A stretch of DNA of 64,000 bases. It comes from an uncultured Planctomycetales bacterium (lineage in GTDB: Bacteria; Omnitrophota; Gorgyraeia; Zapsychrales; JAHFFX01). The stretch is from the NCBI GenBank assembly GCA_964620805.1, contig CAZUJQ010000002.1:6253-70252 (forward strand), read 5' to 3'. The position numbers and the translations under genes are program-made. The notes under the pieces were generated by a model. That model saw only the letters and a program-made list of their open reading frames with translations. It was not told the origin of the DNA and did not search any database. This document shows, in pieces, positions 55,881-64,000 of this stretch; within the stretch, counting starts at the first letter, position 1, and every line of letters starts with the position of its first letter.

Positions 55881-57958
55881 AAATACTCACACGGACGAAA
55901 GCGCTCAGCCTTCAACGTCAGTTCAAAACCTTTAAGGGCATGAGTGATCTTATCAATGCCAACACTCTTAGCGTAATGGATAAGCCCTCCCCGAAAAGGC
56001 GGAAAACCCGTGCCTAAAATCATGCCTATGTCGAGCGTATCGGGATCGTCCACAATCTGCTCCTGTAAGCAACGCGCCGCTTCGTTAATCATCGTATAGA
56101 TCATCCGCTGCAGACACTCCTCGGGTGTCGTGCTGCGGTTGTTTTTATTCGTAAGGAATTGATAGATCGCGGGATTGGGGGTCCTTTGACGATTGTGGAT
56201 GTAAAATCCTTTTCCGGATTTTTTACCCAAGAGGCCCTGGAGATAAACCTTTTCAAAAATGTCAACGGGTTTAAACCGCTCTCCAAAGCTCTCTTTAAGC
56301 AAATGCAGGACCTTGATCCCGATATCCAAACCCACCTCATCCGACAACCGGAAAGGCCCCATGGGCATCCCAAAATCCGTTATGATCCTATCAATCCATT
56401 CCAGTTTGGTCCCTTCTTCTAAAAGCCGGCCGGCCTCGTTGACATAACTTAAGAGAATCCGGTTGATCAAAAACCCGCAGGAATCTTTGACGAGGATGGG
56501 AGTTTTCTTAAGGCGCCTGGCCAAATGAAAACTCGAGGCCAGGGTTTCGGGAGAGGTGAATTCGGTTTTGATAATCTCCACCAAAGGCATACGGTGGACC
56601 GGATTAAAGAAATGAAAGCCAACGACTCGGGAAGGATCGTTGGTCGCTTTGGCGATCTCGGTAACCGATAAGGCCGAGGTGTTGGTGCACAAGACGGTCT
56701 CTGGTTGCGTCACCTCTGCCAGCTCTTTGAAAATTCTTTTTTTGATGTCTGGATCCTCGACAACGGCCTCTAGGACGCAATCGGCCTTGGCAAAGCCGCT
56801 GTAATTCAGGCTGATGGTGATCTGTCCCATGCGTCGTTCGGCTTCAAATTTTTTAAGCTTTCTTTTTTGAACCGCCTCCTGATAAATCTTGTGGGCCGCT
56901 TTAAGTCCCTTGGTCAGCGCTTCATAATTGACATCTTTGAGCCTGACCGAGATTCCCTTTGAGCTTAAAATCTGCGCGATCCCACCGCCCATCACGCCGG
57001 CGCCGACCACAGCGCATTTCTCGATCGTCTTCGGCTTAATTTGTTCTGCTCCCGATGGTAAAAATTTCTTAAATCGCTCTGTTAAGTAATAAACCTTAAT
57101 TAGATTCTTGGAGACACGACTGACGACCAGCTCACCGAAGGCCTGGGCCTCGATCTGAAGGGCCCTTGAGCGCCCGAGCTTGTGAGCCTTTTGAAGGACA
57201 TCCATGGCCTTCAATGGCGCGGGATAAAATCCTTTCGTCCTTTGTTCAGCCATCTTTCGGGATTGGGAAAAGAGAATCGATTGGCCGGCACGGTTGGATT
57301 CTAGGAATCGGGTAAGCGGATCCTTGTTAAAGCTGCGCGGTTTGACTTTCTTGGCTAAGATTTCATCAAGAAATTCTCGGAGAGATTCATTGAGGCCATT
57401 CTGAGAAAAAAGACGATCCACTAAACCGATCTTATAAGCTTCCCATCCGCTTAAGACCCTTCCTCCGGAGATAATTTTGATAGCTTCCTTAAGACCCACA
57501 AGCCGAGGCAGGCGATAAGTTCCGCCGAATCCGGGAATAACTCCCAGATTCACCTCGGGAAGGCCGATCTTCACTTTTTCGTTAAACGTGGCCACGCGAT
57601 AGCGGCAGCTTAACGCCAGCTCGCAGCCGCCCCCTAAGGCCACGCCGTTGATGACGGCCACCGTGGGGACTTTGAGATCTTCGAGTTTATTCAAAACGTC
57701 TTGACCGGCTTTGGATTTGGCTTCGCCGTCTTTAGGATCGGTAATGAGTTCGATCTCTTTGATGTCCGCGCCAGCGAGAAAGACATCCTTTTTCAAACTG
57801 GAGATGACAACGCCGGCCAAAGAGCTCTTGTTTTGCAACTCATCCAAGATCCTCACAAGCTCCTCCAGCACTTTGGCCGTCAAGAGATTGACCTTGGCCT
57901 CGGGCTGATCGAATTCAATAAAGGCGATGTTGTTTTCAATTCGAAATTCTACGGGCAT
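55856..57958 (-). CDS. fatty-acid oxidation multifunctional protein: enoyl-CoA hydratase / 3-hydroxyacyl-CoA dehydrogenase (FadB/FadJ-like)
   Basis: N-terminal crotonase fold 'AVINGVALGGGCELAL'; C-terminal 'KCAVVGAGVMGGGIAQI' NAD-binding 3HCDH. Confidence 0.8.
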   Translation of the reverse strand: MPVEFRIENNIAFIEFDQPEAKVNLLTAKVLEELVRILDELQNKSSLAGVVISSLKKDVFLAGADIKEIELITDPKDGEAKSKAGQDVLNKLEDLKVPTVAVINGVALGGGCELALSCRYRVATFNEKVKIGLPEVNLGVIPGFGGTYRLPRLVGLKEAIKIISGGRVLSGWEAYKIGLVDRLFSQNGLNESLREFLDEILAKKVKPRSFNKDPLTRFLESNRAGQSILFSQSRKMAEQRTKGFYPAPLKAMDVLQKAHKLGRSRALQIEAQAFGELVVSRVSKNLIKVYYLTERFKKFLPSGAEQIKPKTIEKCAVVGAGVMGGGIAQILSSKGISVRLKDVNYEALTKGLKAAHKIYQEAVQKRKLKKFEAERRMGQITISLNYSGFAKADCVLEAVVEDPDIKKRIFKELAEVTQPETVLCTNTSALSVTEIAKATNDPSRVVGFHFFNPVHRMPLVEIIKTEFTSPETLASSFHLARRLKKTPILVKDSCGFLINRILLSYVNEAGRLLEEGTKLEWIDRIITDFGMPMGPFRLSDEVGLDIGIKVLHLLKESFGERFKPVDIFEKVYLQGLLGKKSGKGFYIHNRQRTPNPAIYQFLTNKNNRSTTPEECLQRMIYTMINEAARCLQEQIVDDPDTLDIGMILGTGFPPFRGGLIHYAKSVGIDKITHALKGFELTLKAERFRPCEYLWRLREEI

Positions 57959-58306
57959 GATTTTTTAACCCCCATAGAAAACCTGTGTCACAGTAACATG
58001 TCGCAGCATGTCACAGTAGCGTGTCACAGTAAATGTCTTGGAGGCGTGTCCTAAAATGTCCCATATGGATGTCCTATAATGTCCTATATTTTGCCGCAGT
58101 TGATGATAAAACATAGTAGGCCCCTTTAAGCTCGCCCTTCATCTCAGTGTCCACTAATTTTTATTTCATCTCGTGTTCCTGACTTATGGAGTCATTAACA
58201 TCACCCAGTTTCTTTTGCCAATAAGATAAGCTAGATATTCTTTTTTATGTATGCGAAATTGGTAATAGCCTGTTGTTTTTTCGTTTTCAAACATGGGGTC
58301 GTTAAA

Positions 58307-59581
58307 TTACCTTTCCAAGATTACCGCCGCGCCCTGGCCCCCGCCCACGCACAGCGCCACCAATCCCGCATGGAGATTGTTTCGATGAAGGTGCTTGAGC
58401 ATGGTGAGAATGAGGCGCGCCCCGCTGGCGCCCACGGGATGGCCTAAGGCGATGGCCCCTCCATTGACATTGAGAATCTCGGGTTGGATCGATCCCGTGA
58501 ACCCTTCATAGCTGAACTCCCGAGCGAAGGCCGGGCTTTCTAACGCCTTAAGGCATGCTAACACTTGCGCGGCAAAGGCCTCGTTGATTTCGATGGCATC
58601 GATGTCTTTTAAACTCATCTCTGCTTTTTTTAGAACGCGGGGAATCGCGTGCGCCGGCCCAATCCCCATCCGGTGCGGCTCAACGCCGGCAAAAGTAAAC
58701 GCCCGCAAATACCCTAAAGGCTTAAAGCCCATATCTCTGGCTTTGCTTTCTCTCATCACCAGCAGGGCCACCGCCCCGTCGGTCACTTGGCTGGAATTTC
58801 CAGCGGTGACCGTGCCGGCGACGCGATCAAAAATCGGCCTCAAGGCCGCCAGCGCCTCGAGCGTTTGGTTCTCCCGGGGGCCGTTGTCTTTGTCCACAAC
58901 GCTTTTATAATGGGGGCCGGGAATGACCGGAACGATTTCTTCTTTTAAGCGCTCGCGTCCGGCGATGGCCCGTTGGTGGCTCCGCAGGGAAAATTGATCC
59001 TGATCTTTGCGGCTAATGCCGAATTCCTTGGCCAGAACTTCCCCTGTCTGGCCCATATTCAGACCGCACACTGGATCCGTGAGGCCTAGGTTCAAGCCGA
59101 TACGCGGCTTTAAAAATCTAGGCCGAATCTGGCTTAAGGCCCGCAGTTTTTCCAGAAAAGTCTTGGATTTGCTGAATCTAAAAATAATCTCCTGGAGGCC
59201 TTTGGAGACGAAAAACGGGATGTTGCTCATGGATTCGGTCCCTCCGGCCAGAACACAATCCACTTCATTCATGTGTATTTTGGCAGCGGCGCTTGTCACG
59301 GCCTCCAGACCGGAGGCGCAGTTTCGATGAACAGTAAAAGCCGGTGTTGTGGAAGGAATCCCGCTTAAGAGCGCGATGACCCGCGAGATATTGGCGGCGT
59401 CGGGCGGTTGGGAGACATTCCCAAAAATGACTTCGTCAATCAGAGTCACATCCAGATTCAATCGTTCGATCAACTCTCGTGCGGCGATCCTTCCCAGCTC
59501 CTGGGCGCTTAAGTCGTTAAAGACCGTGCCCATCTTGGCAAAGGGGGTGCGGATGCCGTCTATGATGGCGATTCTTTCCAT
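58307..59581 (-). CDS. acetyl-CoA C-acyltransferase (thiolase); listed ORF start 59665 is a MITE-encoded extension, real start MERIAII at 59581
   Basis: 'NRNCASGLEAV' active-site Cys, C-terminal 'NVNGGAIALGHPVGASGARL', 'CVGGGQGAAVILER'. Confidence 0.8.
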   Translation of the reverse strand: MERIAIIDGIRTPFAKMGTVFNDLSAQELGRIAARELIERLNLDVTLIDEVIFGNVSQPPDAANISRVIALLSGIPSTTPAFTVHRNCASGLEAVTSAAAKIHMNEVDCVLAGGTESMSNIPFFVSKGLQEIIFRFSKSKTFLEKLRALSQIRPRFLKPRIGLNLGLTDPVCGLNMGQTGEVLAKEFGISRKDQDQFSLRSHQRAIAGRERLKEEIVPVIPGPHYKSVVDKDNGPRENQTLEALAALRPIFDRVAGTVTAGNSSQVTDGAVALLVMRESKARDMGFKPLGYLRAFTFAGVEPHRMGIGPAHAIPRVLKKAEMSLKDIDAIEINEAFAAQVLACLKALESPAFAREFSYEGFTGSIQPEILNVNGGAIALGHPVGASGARLILTMLKHLHRNNLHAGLVALCVGGGQGAAVILER

Positions 59582-59588
59582 TATATTA

Positions 59589-59737
59589 GAACTTGAGTTT
59601 GGCAAATTTTCGAATTTGTCGTCGGAAAAGTCTCTCGGATCGCAAAAACAGGTTTTCGATACCACAAAATTGCTTTCTCGACGAGAACTACCTGAAAATA
59701 CGGCCCAAAAGCCCGAAAAAGTGCCAAACTCAAGTTC
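59589..59737. mobile_element. MITE-like element copy 2 (identical to 26633-26778), immediately upstream of the thiolase start
   Basis: Perfect 16-bp TIR 'gaacttgagtttggca...tgccaaactcaagttc'. Confidence 0.7.
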
Positions 59738-59783
59738 TCTACTTCTTTACTTCTGACTTCTGACCTCTGACTTCTGACCTCTC

Positions 59784-61265
59784 CTACGATTTCGGACGAA
59801 GATCCAAAATTCTCTTTTCCTTAGAAGAGGTCTCTAATTCCAATCTTTTAACCAATTCCGGCAACGAGGTGAAAATGATCTGATTCGGCGTGACCTCGGT
59901 GGCGGAAGCAATGCTTTTTTTGAGTTCTTCTTCCATCTGCCGTTTTTCGGAATTTTGGGAGCACACGTACACCACCAGCTCATCGACCTCATGAGGATCA
60001 TTGTCTTTCTTACGAATCTCGATCTGCCATTCGATGATCCCGGGAAAACCGTTTAACACGGTGGCAAAGTGATTCAAGTCGACCAAGGCCCCTTTGATCT
60101 TGGAGAGCGCCAATCCCTTGATATCGGAGATCCGCGTGATTTGACTGCTGATCCGGCCAACTTGCCGGCGGCAGTACGGGCACGGCTCATAGGTGATACC
60201 GCCTTTGACAAAATCCCCGGTTCGGTAGCGCACCACCGCGCTGCCCCGGCAATCCAGGGCGGTATAAACCAATTCGCCGTCTTCTCCCTCTTTCTGGGTT
60301 TCGCCCGTGTGGGGATCAATCACTTCAAAGATCTCCTTGTCGGGATAAAGATGATATCCGCTGGATGTGCCTGGTTTAGAGGGGCACTCCGCCCATGCCG
60401 AGCGGGCCTCGGTAAATCCATAGGTCCCAAAAATCGCGGTCTGGGTTGCGCCCATGGACATCAAAAGGTTTCTCAGTTTATCTTTATACGGCTCGGTCAC
60501 CGTGGCCGCGCCCAAAACCACCTTTTTGACAAAATCCATCCGGCATCCTTTTTCCTGAGCCACACGAAAAAAATGATAAACGTAGCTGGGCACGCCGAGA
60601 ATCACTGCGGGTTTCATCTTGAGGATCGCGTTGATATTGCCTTCGGTGGTCATCACCTTGCCGCCTCCGGTGCTCAAGGCCAGAACCCCTGAAGACAGCC
60701 CGCCAAAGACGACCTGCCAAAACGCCAGATGCGGAGCAAACGGAAAGACATTGACAATCCGCTCGGAGTCTTTGATGTCGAACAACTTCAGCATCCGGGC
60801 CCCCGAGAGATAAAGATTGTTGATGTCGTACATCGAATATAAGAATGATACCGGCGTGTGCGTTGTGCCCGTGGTGAAGGTCATAAAGACAGGACGGTAC
60901 TCTTTGCCCATTTGATCATGGAGAAATTCCTCGCCTCGTAAAATCTTCTTTAAAGCCAGTTGGAGAAGCCGAGGGGCCGGCCAGAAGCGCCGGATTTTTT
61001 CCGCATCCGGCTGCAGCACAAATTCCTTAAACTTCTCGAGGGACTCGGGTGAGGGAAGAAAATCCAGCTTCGAGGTCATGGGGACGCGCCTTAAGTCCTC
61101 GATCGTCCGGATGGTGCGGGGATCGATACGGTTTTGATCGAAGAGTTTCCGGTAATAGGGGCTGAAAGGATAAACCTGTCGGGTGATAAACTCGTACAGC
61201 TTTTTGTTTTGGAGTTTACGGATCTGGTTGTAGGAAAAATGGGAAATGGGACTCCAGGGATTCAT
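59784..61265 (-). CDS. adenylate-forming enzyme of the phenylacetate-CoA ligase / coenzyme F390 synthetase family
   Basis: 'FMTFTTGTTHTPVSF' AMP-binding motif, ~490 aa PaaK-like layout. Confidence 0.6.
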   Translation of the reverse strand: MNPWSPISHFSYNQIRKLQNKKLYEFITRQVYPFSPYYRKLFDQNRIDPRTIRTIEDLRRVPMTSKLDFLPSPESLEKFKEFVLQPDAEKIRRFWPAPRLLQLALKKILRGEEFLHDQMGKEYRPVFMTFTTGTTHTPVSFLYSMYDINNLYLSGARMLKLFDIKDSERIVNVFPFAPHLAFWQVVFGGLSSGVLALSTGGGKVMTTEGNINAILKMKPAVILGVPSYVYHFFRVAQEKGCRMDFVKKVVLGAATVTEPYKDKLRNLLMSMGATQTAIFGTYGFTEARSAWAECPSKPGTSSGYHLYPDKEIFEVIDPHTGETQKEGEDGELVYTALDCRGSAVVRYRTGDFVKGGITYEPCPYCRRQVGRISSQITRISDIKGLALSKIKGALVDLNHFATVLNGFPGIIEWQIEIRKKDNDPHEVDELVVYVCSQNSEKRQMEEELKKSIASATEVTPNQIIFTSLPELVKRLELETSSKEKRILDLRPKS

Positions 61266-61336
61266 AGGGGCCTTTAGGTCGTTTGGGGATTATACTACAA
61301 AACAGGACACCAGACACTCCCCTCTTTAAATTTTTT

Positions 61337-62269
61337 CTATAAAGCCAAAAATTTCTGGATCAGCAGGGCAAATCCTAAGGTGAGTCCGGTGGCCGTCAGA
61401 AGGTATACGATCGCGCACCGTTTGCCAAACTTGGTCCAGATCACAAAGAGTTCCGTGAAGTCGGTTGTGACTCCAACCAGGACGATGACGAAAACAACGG
61501 CAAGGGTAGCACCCATTTGATAGAGTTGGCCGGCAAAAACCGAAAACCCCTCGGAACAAAGTTCCACCATGGCCGCCACCGGCACAGCCAGAAAGACCGG
61601 ATTAAAAGAGGCGTGGACACCCAAATAACGAATGATCCAGGGCGTTGGGATAAACGCTTTCAGGCCGGCCGCCAAAAGAAGCCCAAATCCCAGATATTTC
61701 CAAAGCTCCCCAAACGCCTGGCCGGCCTGCTTTAAGGCCCGAAGGATTCTTTGGGATAAAGAAAGCTGAGCCTTTTGCTCGTCGTTAAGCTCTGTTTTAA
61801 AAACCTCCTGATCTGTTGGAAGGGATTCTGGAAACCAGGCACGATCTTCCAAACAACCTATCAACACTCCGGTGAGGAAGGCCACCGTCAAGGCCCCTAG
61901 GAAAATGATCGTCGTTCCTGTCAATCCCAGGAATTTATAAAAAACCGTCAATTGCACCAACCCCGCCCAAGGTGCCGCCAGCAGGAAGGTCAGGGCAGCC
62001 GCTCTGGTAGCGCCCTGCTTTCTTAAGGTGACAGCGATGGGGATGGCCCCGCAAGAACACAGGGAGGCCACTGTCCCGGAAAGAGTAGCGCGCAGGAGTG
62101 TCCCCAGGCTGTTTTTCCCCAGATAACGCAGAAGACTTTGGCGGGGGACAAACTCGGCAATGAGCCCAGCGATGAGAAAGCCGATCAGAAAATAGGCCCA
62201 GAGTTCTGCGAATAAACTCTTCAAGGCATTCGCATAGGCGATGGCAAAGTTGAAAAAAGGATTTGTCAT
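61337..62269 (-). CDS. permease (DUF318/ArsP-like family)
   Basis: Eight-plus TM helices with the family-typical 'CSCGAIP' motif. Confidence 0.5.
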   Translation of the reverse strand: MTNPFFNFAIAYANALKSLFAELWAYFLIGFLIAGLIAEFVPRQSLLRYLGKNSLGTLLRATLSGTVASLCSCGAIPIAVTLRKQGATRAAALTFLLAAPWAGLVQLTVFYKFLGLTGTTIIFLGALTVAFLTGVLIGCLEDRAWFPESLPTDQEVFKTELNDEQKAQLSLSQRILRALKQAGQAFGELWKYLGFGLLLAAGLKAFIPTPWIIRYLGVHASFNPVFLAVPVAAMVELCSEGFSVFAGQLYQMGATLAVVFVIVLVGVTTDFTELFVIWTKFGKRCAIVYLLTATGLTLGFALLIQKFLAL

Positions 62270-62435
62270 CCTAGCCCAATCCGCATTTTCTGTTAAGACT
62301 ATTAAAGTCTACCCAGAAACTTTCCTTAAGTCTTTGTTTCTCTGGAATAATTTTCAAACAGTTGATGAGCCAAAAGGCCAGAATGAGTATCACAATTGTT
62401 TCTATCATATTTACCTCCTTGCTTACTCTGCAGTT

Positions 62436-62630
62436 CTGTCAAAAGTCCTCATCTATCGTGTCATTGCGAGGCCGCCGCAGTTTGGCGGGGGAAGCAATCT
62501 TTTAAACTCTAAAGAGATTGCTTCGTCGTCGCTAAGAAGCGCTCCTCCTCGCAATGACACATAGTTGTTGTTGCAAATTTTCCGTATAACTTCTCTTCTT
62601 TCATAAAACTTTTGACAATACCTACTCTGC
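62436..62630. mobile_element. family-B MITE-like element (second full copy)
   Basis: 'ctgcagttcTGTCAAAAGT...gtgtcattgcgagg...cctcgcaatgacac...ACTTTTGACAatacctactctgcag'; flanking 'tactctgcag' on both sides. Confidence 0.6.
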
Positions 62631-64000
62631 AGAGTTTGAGAGCCTTACGGTCTGCTGCTTTCTTACTTCATAATTCCACTTCCACACCGCATAAATGGCG
62701 GGGTACACCAGAAGCTCCATAATAAACGACGTGAAAATCCCCCCGACCATGGGCGCGGCGATCCGCTTCATCACATCCGCGCCGGTCTCCCAGCTGGCTG
62801 ACCACATGATGGGCAAAAGCCCGACAAAGGTGGTGCCCACCGTCATCAGTTTGGGACGAATGCGTTTGACCGCACCGTGCACAATCGCCTCCTTAAGATC
62901 AGAGAAATCGCGCATCGCGCCTTTTCGGCGGGCTTCCTCATAGGCCAGATCCAGATACAAAAGCATGATGACGCCGGTTTCGGCATCCACGCCTGCCAGC
63001 GCAATGAGCCCCACCCATACGGCGATCGACAGGTTATAGCCCAACACCCACAAAAGCCAGAGCGCGCCCACCAAGGAAAAAGGCACAGCCAAAAACACAA
63101 TGCCGGTTTTCACCAACGACTTGGTATTGATGTACAGAAGAAAGAAGATGATAAAAAATGTGAGGGGCACAACCACCATCAGCCGGCTCTTCACGCGTTC
63201 CATGTATTCGTACTGGCCGCTCCAAGTCAAGGCGTAGCCGGTGGGCAGTTTAAGTTTTTCGCTGACAATTTTTTTGGCTTCAGTGACATAACTTCCAATA
63301 TCCCGGCCCGTCATATCGACATAAACGTAACCGGCCAGCAGACCGTTTTCATCGCGGATCATGGCCGGGCCGTAGCGGAGTACAATATCCGCAATCTGGA
63401 TCAGCGGAATGTGCTGACCCAAAGGGGTCGGCACCAAGACGCGTTTGAGGTTGTCAACGTCATCGCGCAACTCCCGCGGATAGCGCACATTGACCGGATA
63501 GCGCTCCCGGCCTTCCACGGTCGTTGTGATATTCTCTCCACCGATTGCGGACATCACGATCATCTGAGCCTCTTCCACCGAAAGGCCATACCGGGCCAGT
63601 TGGTCGCGCTTCAATTCAAAGTCCAGAAAATAACCGCCCGCCACCCGCTCGGCGTAGATGCTGCGGGTCCCGGGGATTTCTTTGAGGATCCGCTCCAGCT
63701 CTATGCCGATTGCCTCGATTTTTTTGAAATCCGAGCCGAAGATCTTGATGCCGATCGGGGTGCGGACACCCGTCGTGAGCATGTCGATCCGGTTTTTGAT
63801 GGGCATGGTCCAGGCGTTGGTGGTGCCGGGAATCTTGAGGGCCTGATCCATTTCGTTGATCAATTGCTCATACGAAATTTTGCGCTTCCCTTCTTGCTGG
63901 GGTTTCAGCAGAACCACGGTTTCCATCATGGAAAAGGGGGCCGGGTCCGTGGAGCTTTCGATGCGGCCCGCCTTGCCAAAGACGCGCTCCACTTCCGGGA
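62622..64000 (-). CDS. RND efflux transporter, CusA/CzcA (HME) family, C-terminal part (gene continues past the window end)
   Basis: Large periplasmic loop plus C-terminal TM bundle. No upstream in-frame stop before coordinate 64000. Confidence 0.65.
   Translation of the reverse strand, partial: PEVERVFGKAGRIESSTDPAPFSMMETVVLLKPQQEGKRKISYEQLINEMDQALKIPGTTNAWTMPIKNRIDMLTTGVRTPIGIKIFGSDFKKIEAIGIELERILKEIPGTRSIYAERVAGGYFLDFELKRDQLARYGLSVEEAQMIVMSAIGGENITTTVEGRERYPVNVRYPRELRDDVDNLKRVLVPTPLGQHIPLIQIADIVLRYGPAMIRDENGLLAGYVYVDMTGRDIGSYVTEAKKIVSEKLKLPTGYALTWSGQYEYMERVKSRLMVVVPLTFFIIFFLLYINTKSLVKTGIVFLAVPFSLVGALWLLWVLGYNLSIAVWVGLIALAGVDAETGVIMLLYLDLAYEEARRKGAMRDFSDLKEAIVHGAVKRIRPKLMTVGTTFVGLLPIMWSASWETGADVMKRIAAPMVGGIFTSFIMELLVYPAIYAVWKWNYEVRKQQTVRLSNSAE

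Overview
All coordinates are 1-based on the + strand. Nearly every gene is on the minus strand; the exceptions are rpoN and one small toxin-antitoxin pair. This is a dense surface-polysaccharide locus of about 50% GC, plus housekeeping genes at the 3' end.

The protein content:
- An exosortase/EpsI pair (XrtA-type) at 479-2040, with a GT2 and three pseudopilin genes upstream.
- A 1102-aa secreted beta-helix protein at 5455-8763 with C-terminal Myxococcus-type cysteine-rich repeats.
- Polysaccharide genes: many GT2/GT4 glycosyltransferases (one a GT4-GT4 fusion), a Wzy-like membrane protein, Wzm/Wzt ABC exporter, an NDP-sugar C-methyltransferase, rfbABCD for dTDP-rhamnose and an epimerase.
- The PEP-CTERM accessory set at 39480-43327 (BY-kinase, XrtA-associated ATPase, Wzz-like, Wza-like), followed by rpoN.
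- Embedded accessory genes: an AbiEi/AbiEii module, a RelE/ParE module, two DUF4143 ATPases and a four-helix-bundle protein of the 23S-rRNA intervening-sequence (IVS) family.
- Housekeeping at 45.5-64 kb: hemL, hemB, a HemC-like/CobA/HemD fusion, an NTE-like cNMP-patatin protein, fatty-acid beta-oxidation genes and a partial RND pump.

The most unusual content is non-coding. An undescribed ~170-200 bp intergenic cassette occurs in 8 copies, always in the same orientation between consecutive minus-strand genes. It has two inverted arms of tandem 9-bp units (GTTKCCNNN on one side, NNNGGMAAC on the other) around a conserved core. In the gene direction that core carries AAGGA plus ATG and opens a short Thr/Glu/Ser-rich leader ORF that runs into or abuts the next gene. 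One copy carries the four-helix-bundle gene in its centre, which echoes the stem-loop IVS elements of 23S rRNA.

Several other palindromic repeat families are present:
- A 25-bp hairpin pair inserted in frame in two different GT4 genes.
- Two identical 146-bp MITE-like copies with terminal inverted repeats.
- A MITE-like element with TGTCAAAAGT termini.
- A long inverted repeat flanking rfbC whose arms are C-free on one side and G-free on the other.
- A heptanucleotide tract inside a GT4 gene that could drive phase variation.

No rRNA, tRNA or CRISPR array was seen.
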